A program made the translations under genes and the position numbers. DNA of 64,000 nucleotides. Origin: an archaeon GW2011_AR5. GTDB taxonomy: Archaea; Aenigmatarchaeota; Aenigmatarchaeia; GW2011-AR5. The notes under the pieces were generated by a model. The model was not told where the DNA came from. It saw nothing but the letters and a program-made list of their open reading frames with translations, and did not search any database. The stretch spans positions 52,497 to 116,496 of the forward strand of contig JWKQ01000002.1 in assembly GCA_000806115.1 (NCBI GenBank), read 5' to 3'. Each line of letters begins with the position of its first letter. The first letter of the stretch is position 1. Below, one piece after another: positions 53,936 through 62,527 of the stretch.

Positions 53936-55252
53936 CTATTTTCCGCTTATCAATCCCTTGATTACAAGCTTGGCGGCCCTTGGTATGTCTTTTTTCTTGA
54001 TCGTGGTCATGTTCGCGTAATAGTACGCGCGCACCCTTTCCTCCGCCGTATATTCGGCTGTGTCAAATACGGGCTTCGGCCTGGCGCCGATGTGGAACCC
54101 TTCTTTCCAGTCGCGCAATACCCTTGCGCTGGAATCTTTCTTCACCTGTTCCCATACCTCCGTGCCCGGATAAGGAACAAGAATTCCCCACGATGCCGTT
54201 ATGCCGAGGCGTTTGGCGAACTCCATGCTCCGCTTGTCAGCTTCGTATGTGCTGCCTATGAGCCCTATTATGAAGAATCCGTGAACTTTTATGCCGGCCG
54301 CCTGCGCTAAGCGTATTCCTCGTTCCACGTCTGCCAGTTTTTCTCCTTTTCGTATCTTGTCGAAAACTTCAGGGTCCCCGCTTTCAACGCCTATGGACAT
54401 CGCGTAGCATCCTGCCTGTTTCATCAGCGAGCACAGCTCCTCATCAAGCCTGTCTGCGCGTATTCCGTTGGGACATGTCCATTTCATGTCAAGGTTTTCC
54501 TCAATGAAAAGCCTGCAGATGTCTTTTGCCCTGTCCATCTGGAGCGTGAAGTTGTCGTCAAGCACCTTGAATTCCTTGCTGCTGTATTTCTCCTGCGCAT
54601 ATCTCAGCTCGGCAAGTATATTCTCTCCAGACCTTGTCCTGAACTTCCTTCCTATGACTGTCGGGACGTTGCAGTATGTGCACGTATACGGGCATCCCCT
54701 TGAAGTAACAAGAGGCCAGTTTTCTATCTTCTGTATCTCGCCGTTGATGTTAACCGAGTCAAAATCGTCATAATTTGGAAATGGCAGGGAATCGAGGTTG
54801 GAAATCCATTCGCTTGCGTGGTTTTGCACGACTTTTCCGTCTTTCCTGTAAATGAGCCCGGTGATTTCCGAGGGTTCTTTCCCCGACAGTATCTCTCTGA
54901 AAACGTACTCAGCCTCGCCGAAAACCCCCATATCAAATACGGGATTGTCAACGAGGAGGTTATAGCCGTCCACCATCACGTGAGGCCCGCCTGCGATTAT
55001 TTTCGTCTTCGGGTTCAGTTTTTTCACCATGTTTGCCACCATGATGGATTCGTCAAGCGTGAACGACTTCATGGATATGCCGACGAAGTCCGCGTCTCTT
55101 GCAGACTCGAGTCTTTTGTCGAGGTTTCCCGACCTGTTCACGAAGTCAACGACGTGCACCGTGTGTTCGTCGCGTATACTCGCGGCTATAGAAGCTATGC
55201 CGTTGTTGAGCCCTTCCCACACCCCTTTCGGATCTACAAATACAACTTTCAT
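53936..55252 (-). CDS. B12-binding radical SAM protein
   Basis: It starts at the internal Met MKVVFVDPKG; the ORF-track start is at 55291. It has a B12-binding N-terminus and CPYTCTYCN. Confidence 0.7.
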   Translation of the reverse strand: MKVVFVDPKGVWEGLNNGIASIAASIRDEHTVHVVDFVNRSGNLDKRLESARDADFVGISMKSFTLDESIMVANMVKKLNPKTKIIAGGPHVMVDGYNLLVDNPVFDMGVFGEAEYVFREILSGKEPSEITGLIYRKDGKVVQNHASEWISNLDSLPFPNYDDFDSVNINGEIQKIENWPLVTSRGCPYTCTYCNVPTVIGRKFRTRSGENILAELRYAQEKYSSKEFKVLDDNFTLQMDRAKDICRLFIEENLDMKWTCPNGIRADRLDEELCSLMKQAGCYAMSIGVESGDPEVFDKIRKGEKLADVERGIRLAQAAGIKVHGFFIIGLIGSTYEADKRSMEFAKRLGITASWGILVPYPGTEVWEQVKKDSSARVLRDWKEGFHIGARPKPVFDTAEYTAEERVRAYYYANMTTIKKKDIPRAAKLVIKGLISGK

Positions 55253-55384
55253 GTTATCACCCTGTAAGAAACACCAGAATTCTAAATTCATGTCTAGGTT
55301 CTTAAGTTAATAACACGACAATTTATTTTAAAGTGACATTGGTACAAGCTTCAAAATAAGAACGTCAAAAATCTGTTTTTTAAA

Positions 55385-55457
55385 GTGAATCCAGTAAGTT
55401 TATGTGTGGATTCACTTATAGTTCCTAAGGACAGTTTTTCCTTGGAGAACTATATAG
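55385..55457 (+). promoter_or_regulatory. Diverged palindromic promoter element E4 (hairpin gtgaatccag/tgtgtggattcac + TTATAG + palindrome ttcctaagga/tccttggagaa + CTATATAG TATA), 23-30 nt upstream of the ATG at 55480
   Basis: It has the same two-hairpin + TATA architecture as E1/E3 but a diverged sequence. The direct repeat tatagttcctaa occurs twice. Confidence 0.45.
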
Positions 55458-55479
55458 TTCCTAAAATGGAAGGTTTTCT

Positions 55480-56595
55480 ATGAGGATTGCTCTTTGCACG
55501 GAAATATTGTACCCTCTTTATGGCGTTGAGCGTCGTGTGTACGAGTTTGCGAGGCGTCTGCCGAAGTACGGTTTTGACGTCGAAGTCCTTACGTCCACGC
55601 AGCGCAGCCATTTCAAGCGCCTGAAAATCATCCAGGTAAGCAGGTGCACCATAACAAACCCGCCAAAGCGCAACTACGCTTTCTGCGCAAACTACATGTT
55701 CAGCCTTTTCCGCCAGCTCATGAAGCGCGATTATGATTTGGTGAATGCCGAAGGCCACCTTTCGCTGATTCCGTGTTCGGCTGCTGCTTCTTTGCGCAAG
55801 AAGGTTTCAATAGCGACGATACACGACCTATATCTCAGCGAATGGGGTAGCATGTACAAGAGCGCAGCCTCCCTGGCGGGTCTTCCGTTCGAGGCTGTGT
55901 CATGCAGGATGCCGTTCGACCACGTTCTTACAGTCAATTCTTCCCTGAAGGAAAAAATGAGCTCGGTTCTGAAAATACCCGAGAGAAAAGTGGAAATCCT
56001 GCACAGCGGGATTGACACGGGGTATATCGACTCTGTGAAAGGAAATGGGAAGGACGGTTCTGTAGTTTATGTCGGGCGCCTTGTGCCGCAGAAGGGCATT
56101 GAAATGCTTATCCGTTCATACGCAGTCCTCCCTGAAAATATAAGAAAATCTCACGAACTGAAGATAATCGGCGAAGGCTCGGAGCGCGGCAGGCTCGAAT
56201 CTCTTGCAAAGTCGCTCGGGATTTCAGTCAATTTCACCGGAAAGATAGAGAAGCATGAAGACGTGCTGAAGGAGCTGAAAAAAGCGTCCCTGTTCGTCCT
56301 GCCTTCCGTGCGCGAGAGCTTTGGCATCACAATACTTGAGGCGATGTGCTGCGGGGTGCCGGTAATTTCAACAAGAACAGAAGGCCCGTCGGACCACATA
56401 AGGGACGGCGAGACGGGTTTCCTAGTCGGCGACGGTAGTGGGATGGCAGAAAAGATGGAACTGGTTCTGTCAAGCAGCGTGCTCCGGAAAAAACTGTCAA
56501 GGAACGGCAGGGAATATGCGGCAAAGCACGACTGGGAAAACATCACGAAGAACGTGGCGGGTGTCTACAAAAAAGTTTATGAGAGAAAGCACTAA
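55480..56595 (+). CDS. Glycosyltransferase family 4
   Basis: 371 aa with a GT-B C-terminal EGFGITILEAMCCGVPVIST motif. Confidence 0.7.
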   Translation: MRIALCTEILYPLYGVERRVYEFARRLPKYGFDVEVLTSTQRSHFKRLKIIQVSRCTITNPPKRNYAFCANYMFSLFRQLMKRDYDLVNAEGHLSLIPCSAAASLRKKVSIATIHDLYLSEWGSMYKSAASLAGLPFEAVSCRMPFDHVLTVNSSLKEKMSSVLKIPERKVEILHSGIDTGYIDSVKGNGKDGSVVYVGRLVPQKGIEMLIRSYAVLPENIRKSHELKIIGEGSERGRLESLAKSLGISVNFTGKIEKHEDVLKELKKASLFVLPSVRESFGITILEAMCCGVPVISTRTEGPSDHIRDGETGFLVGDGSGMAEKMELVLSSSVLRKKLSRNGREYAAKHDWENITKNVAGVYKKVYERKH

Positions 56596-56831
56596 ACGGC
56601 CAAAGAAGGGTCATGCACGAAGACGAAGCTTCCCCGTGCAGCATATGGCGCCCAAGATTCGAAATCTCTTCCGTCTGTAAGTCCTCTCGGTCGTTCTTCT
56701 CCTTTTATGTAGACCTTGTATACAAATGTCCTGTCGCCTTCTGTTCTCAGTATAACTTCTACAGCACCGGGCATGTTTGGATCCCACCTGCCGAAATATG
56801 CTAGTTGTTTTTCTGACATATTCAATCCCAA
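56592..56831 (-). CDS. Small hypothetical ORF directly downstream of the AglB C-terminal ORF
   Basis: 79 aa. Its start lies 1 nt after the stop of 56833-57936. There are no recognisable motifs. Confidence 0.2.
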   Translation of the reverse strand: MGLNMSEKQLAYFGRWDPNMPGAVEVILRTEGDRTFVYKVYIKGEERPRGLTDGRDFESWAPYAARGSFVFVHDPSLAV

Positions 56832-56832
56832 G

Positions 56833-57936
56833 TTAAAATTTTACCTTGTAAAGCTTTACTTCCCCGCCCCAGTTGTTGACAAATTCAAAGTTCTCCAAAC
56901 CCTGCCCGTTGAACAGGAACATCCTCGTGAACATTGCGCCCTCGAGCTGTTCGGGTATGTAAAGTATTGCGCGGTTTCCCGGCTCTATCCATACCAGTCC
57001 CGGTATGCGCGCATCGCTCTGCGTGTAAAGGCGGCCCTGTCCCGTATTATCGAAGTACAGGAACTTCTCCACCTTCAATGGCTCCGCAATACCCTGCTGC
57101 TGGAAGAACACCGTAAGGCTTCCGTTAGAGTCATAGAGCACAAACGATTCCTGCTGCGAAACCGGATAAGTGTAAATTATGGCGTTCTGCCTGATATCAG
57201 GCCTTGCCTGTCCAAGGGGAATGGAGGCGTACACGTAAGGCGTTCCTTTCTTGTCAACCGGATTCCATGTTGCAAAGTAAGTCCACCACGTGCTCTTCCC
57301 TATCAGGTCTGACGATGCTATGTAATACATTGAGTCGCAGCCTGGCTTCCTGTATTCTTTCAGTATCTCGACGGCAAGGCTTTCATTCGACGTGAGCAGG
57401 GTTGTGGAAATGTCCTGTATGCGCGCCGTTGTTTTGTTCCCGTCCTTGTAAAGGACTATGTGGTTGATGTTGCTGTCGTATTTTTCCACTACAAGCCCTT
57501 CCTGGCCGCTGCTGGTTGGCCTCGCATAAAGATCGCCCTGGGATGCGCCGTCGAAAACCACCGCGCGCCTTCCTATGCCGGTTATGAAATGCCCTGGATC
57601 CCAGTATGTGGCAACAACAGTGCATTCCGGGGTGTTGTTCTTAATCCAGTTCAGAGCGTTGAACCAGTTGTCAGACAGCACTGTGCCCTGAGCCGATGCA
57701 AGCTGCATGCCCGGAGAGAAGTACAGGTAATAGCATATCACGAATATGAACCAGAGGACAAATATGAGCAGCGCTTCTCTTTTTGCAACCTTCTTGGCGT
57801 AGAACAGTCCTCCTGCTATCAGGAGCACAACGACGAACCCTCCAAAAGATATCAAAATATTTTGCCCAAAAGTTGCAAGGGTAACAAGCACCGACAATAC
57901 GAATGCCGCCGCAATGAATATTATGTTCTTTTCCAT
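56833..57936 (-). CDS. aglB: Oligosaccharyltransferase AglB/STT3, C-terminal part (last TM helices + periplasmic/extracellular domain with a WWDYG-type motif)
   Basis: 367 aa with two N-terminal TM helices, then ATYWDPGHFITGIG (a variant WWDYG motif) at 57589-57603. It starts 1 nt after the stop of the TM-domain ORF (TGAcATG). Confidence 0.55.
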   Translation of the reverse strand: MEKNIIFIAAAFVLSVLVTLATFGQNILISFGGFVVVLLIAGGLFYAKKVAKREALLIFVLWFIFVICYYLYFSPGMQLASAQGTVLSDNWFNALNWIKNNTPECTVVATYWDPGHFITGIGRRAVVFDGASQGDLYARPTSSGQEGLVVEKYDSNINHIVLYKDGNKTTARIQDISTTLLTSNESLAVEILKEYRKPGCDSMYYIASSDLIGKSTWWTYFATWNPVDKKGTPYVYASIPLGQARPDIRQNAIIYTYPVSQQESFVLYDSNGSLTVFFQQQGIAEPLKVEKFLYFDNTGQGRLYTQSDARIPGLVWIEPGNRAILYIPEQLEGAMFTRMFLFNGQGLENFEFVNNWGGEVKLYKVKF

Positions 57937-57937
57937 G

Positions 57938-59341
57938 TCAATCGCTCCAGCTCTTGTCCTCTCCGGTTCCCATTCTTATGAGTTTTGCAAGGAATATTGC
58001 GCTGCCTATGGCTAGCGGCGCTGAAAACAGCGTGCTGAACCTTATCGCCACTATCGTTGCGAGGAATGGTCCAAGGAACCACACAAGCAGCAGCAGCACC
58101 GTATCAACATGATGTCTCTTCTGGTAGTATGAGTAGAGAAGGTAAATCAGGGTGTAAATCATCAGGAAGAATGATGAGATGAGTATGGCGGGTCCGCCGA
58201 CGACGCTGGTGCGCTCTATTATTTCGCGCGGTCCGCCGGATTGCTGGAGTTCCGCCACCGACACATATACGTTCGGGAACTGGTAGTCCTCGCCTTTTAT
58301 TGACTGGAACTGTATCGGTCCCGCGAGCGCCGAGGTGATTTTCGTGTCGCCATACGACGGCACCGTCAGCGCGAAGGAAAGCGCGGTGTAGATGACGAAA
58401 CTTATTATTATGTATTTTGTGTCGTGCCAGCCCAGCTTGACGTTTCGTTTCTTCATTATAGTGAAGAGCAGCTTGAGGGCAATGAATCCCGTGAAAAGCC
58501 ACGTTATGTACCAGTATCCTGCCCATGTGGAGTACCATACCCAGAGCACAACAGAAGTGAGAACTGAATAGAGCAGCAGCTTCTTGTCAAGCCGTTTTGA
58601 TTCACTGGCGTATTTGTACGTGAAAATCATTGCAGCCATGACTATCGTGGATACCAGTATGACTATTGCATCCGAGTCGGGGTCTCCCCCGAGGCTTCTC
58701 GACAGGTTGCTGATGTCGAAGACGTAGATGAATGCTGCAAGGACGCCCGCGCGCCTGTCATATAACATCTTGCCTATGAAGTAGAGAGGTATCACTGCTA
58801 GCGTGGCTAAAAATGGCGGGAAATATATCAGGAATTCCCATAGCTGCATTGGCGTTAGCGCGTTTACCGCCATGTAGCTGTACGCGCCTATGTAGAAATA
58901 CGGGTACACCCATTCCGGCGGCCTGTAAAAGCCCACAGGCGCCAGCTCATAAGTGTCCAGTGTCGGCAGGACGCCGTTGTTAATAACTGTCTCGTCCATC
59001 CATCTGTAAAATACGTACGAGTCTATGTTCCTCAGGTAAGGCCAGCGGTAATCTATCAGGCGTACGTACATGCTGAGGAGCATTATTATGATTATGGCGA
59101 CTACTGTCCACCTGCTTTTCATCAAATCCTTGAATTTTCTTCTCTTGATTTTCTCAGTCGTGTGAGCGTAGAGATAGTATAGAAGCGCTCCAAGAAGTGG
59201 GATTACAATGGCCAGGACCGCCCACTTTATGGGTTTTCGCGTCCTGATTATGTCCGACAGCGACCAGACTAGTGAGGTTATCCACAGCGCAATCAGAATG
59301 ATGAAAGATGTTGCCAGAATCCCGGCTATTTCATGCGTCAT
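57938..59341 (-). CDS. aglB: Oligosaccharyltransferase AglB/STT3, N-terminal multi-TM part
   Basis: 467 aa, about 11-13 TM helices. There is a first-loop acidic motif region, a DPDSD (DxD-like) and an EL5-like SVAE (compare SVSE/TIxE). Confidence 0.55.
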   Translation of the reverse strand: MTHEIAGILATSFIILIALWITSLVWSLSDIIRTRKPIKWAVLAIVIPLLGALLYYLYAHTTEKIKRRKFKDLMKSRWTVVAIIIIMLLSMYVRLIDYRWPYLRNIDSYVFYRWMDETVINNGVLPTLDTYELAPVGFYRPPEWVYPYFYIGAYSYMAVNALTPMQLWEFLIYFPPFLATLAVIPLYFIGKMLYDRRAGVLAAFIYVFDISNLSRSLGGDPDSDAIVILVSTIVMAAMIFTYKYASESKRLDKKLLLYSVLTSVVLWVWYSTWAGYWYITWLFTGFIALKLLFTIMKKRNVKLGWHDTKYIIISFVIYTALSFALTVPSYGDTKITSALAGPIQFQSIKGEDYQFPNVYVSVAELQQSGGPREIIERTSVVGGPAILISSFFLMIYTLIYLLYSYYQKRHHVDTVLLLLVWFLGPFLATIVAIRFSTLFSAPLAIGSAIFLAKLIRMGTGEDKSWSD

Positions 59342-59385
59342 TTAAACACTAACCAATTTTTCCTTATAATGGATAAAAAGCTATT

Positions 59386-59967
59386 TTATCGTTTTCTTCC
59401 GACAGCTATGTAATTCATGCCAGCCTCGAAATTCTCTGATACAGTAATAGAGAAGCCGTTTTTTCCCAGCAATTTCTCTATCTCTTTGGGGGTGAAGTAA
59501 TGTTTGTGGTCTTCCGTGGTCTTTTCTTCCGTCAGCCCGAGTTTCACAAGAGTCTCCCAGAAAGGCTTGGCTCTTCCCATCGGCGTCGTTATTATTATCG
59601 TGCCGTCTTTCTTCAGCACCCTTCTTACCTCCGACAGGACTTTTTCCGGTTTCTCCAGGTGTTCTATGAATGCTATCATCGTGGCGACGTCAAACATACC
59701 GGACTTGAAAGGCAGCTTCTCGTCAATGCGTGTCCTCCTTATTGTTATGTTGCCGTCCTTCCTGTCCTTCACGGCTATGTCAATGCCGATGCCTCCCTTG
59801 ATCTTGTCCTTTACGGATCTGAGAAGATAGTAATCGCTGCCGCATCCCATGTCGAGCATTGTGGCGCCAGCCGGCACGTATTCCGCCACTTTTTTGTTGC
59901 GTATCACCCTGAAAAATTTGACGAAAAATTTTGTTTTCTTTTCCGCGCTCGTCTTCTTTCGGTTCAT
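59386..59967 (-). CDS. Class I SAM-dependent methyltransferase
   Basis: 193 aa with motif I LDMGCGSD. Confidence 0.6.
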   Translation of the reverse strand: MNRKKTSAEKKTKFFVKFFRVIRNKKVAEYVPAGATMLDMGCGSDYYLLRSVKDKIKGGIGIDIAVKDRKDGNITIRRTRIDEKLPFKSGMFDVATMIAFIEHLEKPEKVLSEVRRVLKKDGTIIITTPMGRAKPFWETLVKLGLTEEKTTEDHKHYFTPKEIEKLLGKNGFSITVSENFEAGMNYIAVGRKR

Positions 59968-60017
59968 TTAGAAAACTTGGTTTTATCCTTTTTAAGCTGT
60001 TTTTACCTAATTTTCGC

Positions 60018-60674
60018 ATGTTGTCAGTGATAATACCAACAATCAACGAGGAAAAATCCATCGGCAGCACCATCAAATTCGTCGGCAAAGCGCTGAAGGG
60101 GGTGCGCCACGAGATAATAATAATCGACACGAATTCTACGGACCGCACTGTGAGCATTGCCAAGTCGCTCGGCGCGAAAGTTGTGAACGAACCCAGGCGC
60201 GGCTACGGGCGCGCGTACAAAACAGGCTTCAGGCACGCCAAAGGTGGGATAATCGTTACGCTTGACGCCGACTCGACATATCCGGTAGAAGACACAATGA
60301 AGCTCGTTTCTGCGCTTGAGAACGGCTTTGATTTTGTGTCGGGCATGAGGATTCGTTCGGAGAACATGTCGCTTCTGCACCGCTTCGGCAACTGGGCAAT
60401 AACCGCGACGGCAAACGTCCTTTTCTTCACGCGTTTCATGGACAGCCAGTCGGGGATGTGGGTCTTCAAAAAATCGCTTTTGAAAAGCATGAAATTGACA
60501 AACGACAGCTGGCCGTTCTCGGGAGAGATAAAGATAGAAGCCTGGCGTCACGGACGCTTTTGCGAGGTTCCGATACCGTACGGGCTGCGCAAGGGGCAGT
60601 CAAAAGTCCGAAGCTGGAAGGTTGGCTGGGAAAACATAAAATTCCTGTTCAAGAAGCGCTTTGGGGTGAGCTGA
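60018..60674 (+). CDS. GT2 glycosyltransferase, Dpm1-like
   Basis: It starts at the internal Met MLSVIIPTINEE; the ORF-track start is at 59931. It has IIIIDTNSTDRT and DADS. Confidence 0.65.
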   Translation: MLSVIIPTINEEKSIGSTIKFVGKALKGVRHEIIIIDTNSTDRTVSIAKSLGAKVVNEPRRGYGRAYKTGFRHAKGGIIVTLDADSTYPVEDTMKLVSALENGFDFVSGMRIRSENMSLLHRFGNWAITATANVLFFTRFMDSQSGMWVFKKSLLKSMKLTNDSWPFSGEIKIEAWRHGRFCEVPIPYGLRKGQSKVRSWKVGWENIKFLFKKRFGVS

Positions 60675-61328
60675 ATGAAACTCAATCCAAAATATCTTGA
60701 CCCGAAGAAGACTGCAGTCATAGTTGTGGATCTCCAGAATGACTTCTGTCATGAGATAAGCGTGCTTCACAGAAAAAGGTCGCGAAATAAGGCGTGCGCA
60801 TTAAGGGTTTACAAATTTATCGAGGAAGCAGGGAAAGCCGGTGTGGAAGTTCTTTTCGCGCAGCAGATACACGATCCAAGAAAACTGACGTGGCGCCAGA
60901 AAAAATACTATGAAAGGGTTGCATCTGGCGAAAGGGAATTTGGTGCCTATAAGGGAAAACTCAAAATTCCGTGCGCGATGGGAACCTTCGGTGCGGAATA
61001 CTTTGATTACAAACCGCCGAAGAACAAGCTTTTCGTAAAGAGTGGTTTCGATATATGGCAAAACGAACAATTCAAAGAATTCCTAGACAAACATAAGATA
61101 GAAACGCTGATTATAACAGGCGTGGAGCTGACATGCTGTATCCTTTACGCAGTCCTTGGCGCAGAGGAGCGCGGCTTCAATATAGTAGTCCCAAAAGATC
61201 TCGTGTCTGGAGTGGATGAGGGAAAGAGAAGTCAAGATAATTTGCTAAAGATAATAGGAGAAATGTATGCCCCTGTTGTTAATTCTGAACAGATTTTGAA
61301 GATATGGACTCAAAAGAGCGGCGTATAG
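60675..61328 (+). CDS. Isochorismatase-family cysteine hydrolase
   Basis: 217 aa with KTAVIVVDLQNDFC, and a catalytic Cys in GVELTCCI. Confidence 0.7.
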   Translation: MKLNPKYLDPKKTAVIVVDLQNDFCHEISVLHRKRSRNKACALRVYKFIEEAGKAGVEVLFAQQIHDPRKLTWRQKKYYERVASGEREFGAYKGKLKIPCAMGTFGAEYFDYKPPKNKLFVKSGFDIWQNEQFKEFLDKHKIETLIITGVELTCCILYAVLGAEERGFNIVVPKDLVSGVDEGKRSQDNLLKIIGEMYAPVVNSEQILKIWTQKSGV

Positions 61329-62503
61329 AAGAAAGGCGAGCTTATTCTCTGCGTAACATGCAGCATTACGAATCCCGCCATCAGCAGGACAAATATCGCG
61401 TACAATGCCATAATTCCGTAGCTGAGTTTTTTGTTCTCGATTGTTGACAGCGCCATGAATGCAGGGAAAACAACAAGCATATATCTCGACATTCCAAACA
61501 GGTTGGGCCCGAAAAGAAGCGCCGCCATGGTGAGCAAATAATATGCGGTGTATTCGTGCCTGAGTCTTTTGTAAGACACCCATATCAGCGCTATGAACGA
61601 AACGGTGATGAACAGGTTGTAAATATGATAGGACAGATTTATTAATGTCGTGTCGATTATCATGCCATTGATCGCATGGACGAAGCCCTCCCACGGCGGC
61701 GTTAGATGCCTGCCGAACACGGAAGCGCTCTTGAGTTGTATGAACGCGTCGCCGAATGTTACAAGGTCGTACAGCATGAACGCAAGAAAGCCCGCCGGTA
61801 TCAGCAGAAGAGGCAATGAGCTTGCTTTGATTTTTTTGAGGCTGGAAAAAGGTGACTTGTAATTATAACCGGCGCATCTCAGGTACATTATCAGTATTGG
61901 TATGAACAAAAGCACTCCCTGTATTCTTGTGAGCGACGTGAAGAATCCCAGAATTCCTGCCGCAAGCCATTTCTCCTTTCTTGCTGCGTAGAACACCGAA
62001 AGCGAAAGCAGAAGGAACAGGGATTCGGTGTACATCATTGTGAAATAATATGCAGTCGGGAAAAGCAGGAGATAAAGCCCTGTTTTGTACGCGCGTTTCT
62101 TTCCAAGTTCCTGGCTTACGAGAAGGTATAATACCATGACTGCGAGAATTGACGCGATGTTTGCTATAAGGAATGCAGCCAGGTCATACCCCATGAAGCT
62201 GAAGGTTCGGATGAGCAACGGATAAAGCGGGTACCAGTGATAATTGCCGATTCCGCCGAAATTGCCGTTGTATCCGTTCTTTGCTATGTCAAGGTATGCA
62301 GTAGAGTCGTATTGTGCAAAAGGATTCAGGAACCGGTTGTCCGTCACGTGTTGCGTGTGCGTGATTTCTGCGGGGACTACGAACTGTATGGAAACTGCAA
62401 GCACTATCACAAACACTTTCATGATAAGGAAGGCGTAGAGAATTCGCCTGAACTCTCTTTCCTTCCACAGTTCGCGAAGTTTTGACAGCATTCCAACCAA
62501 CAC
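61310..62503 (-). CDS. GT-C fold membrane mannosyltransferase-like protein (PIG-V / GT76-like)
   Basis: 397 aa, multi-TM. The motif YDSTAYLDIAKNGY...WYPLYPLL resembles the PIG-V hallmark (D..YL.IA..GY......FFPLYP). Confidence 0.5.
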   Translation of the reverse strand: MLVGMLSKLRELWKEREFRRILYAFLIMKVFVIVLAVSIQFVVPAEITHTQHVTDNRFLNPFAQYDSTAYLDIAKNGYNGNFGGIGNYHWYPLYPLLIRTFSFMGYDLAAFLIANIASILAVMVLYLLVSQELGKKRAYKTGLYLLLFPTAYYFTMMYTESLFLLLSLSVFYAARKEKWLAAGILGFFTSLTRIQGVLLFIPILIMYLRCAGYNYKSPFSSLKKIKASSLPLLLIPAGFLAFMLYDLVTFGDAFIQLKSASVFGRHLTPPWEGFVHAINGMIIDTTLINLSYHIYNLFITVSFIALIWVSYKRLRHEYTAYYLLTMAALLFGPNLFGMSRYMLVVFPAFMALSTIENKKLSYGIMALYAIFVLLMAGFVMLHVTQRISSPFFYTPLF

Positions 62504-62527
62504 AGAACTTACTTTTAAAAGATTAAA

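Noticed and set aside
56592-57936. The small ORF 56592-56831 as a frameshifted C-terminal extension of the AglB C-terminal domain
   Set aside because: An in-frame stop terminates the AglB ORF and the next ATG is 1 nt later in another frame. No sequence similarity or domain logic requires a fusion, so it is kept as a separate low-confidence ORF.
56833-59341. The split AglB as a simple frameshift pseudogene
   Set aside because: The junction is stop-1nt-start (TGAcATG). Both parts are full-length and motif-complete, and an accidental frameshift would rarely give such a clean coupling. I report it as a finding to verify rather than call it a pseudogene.
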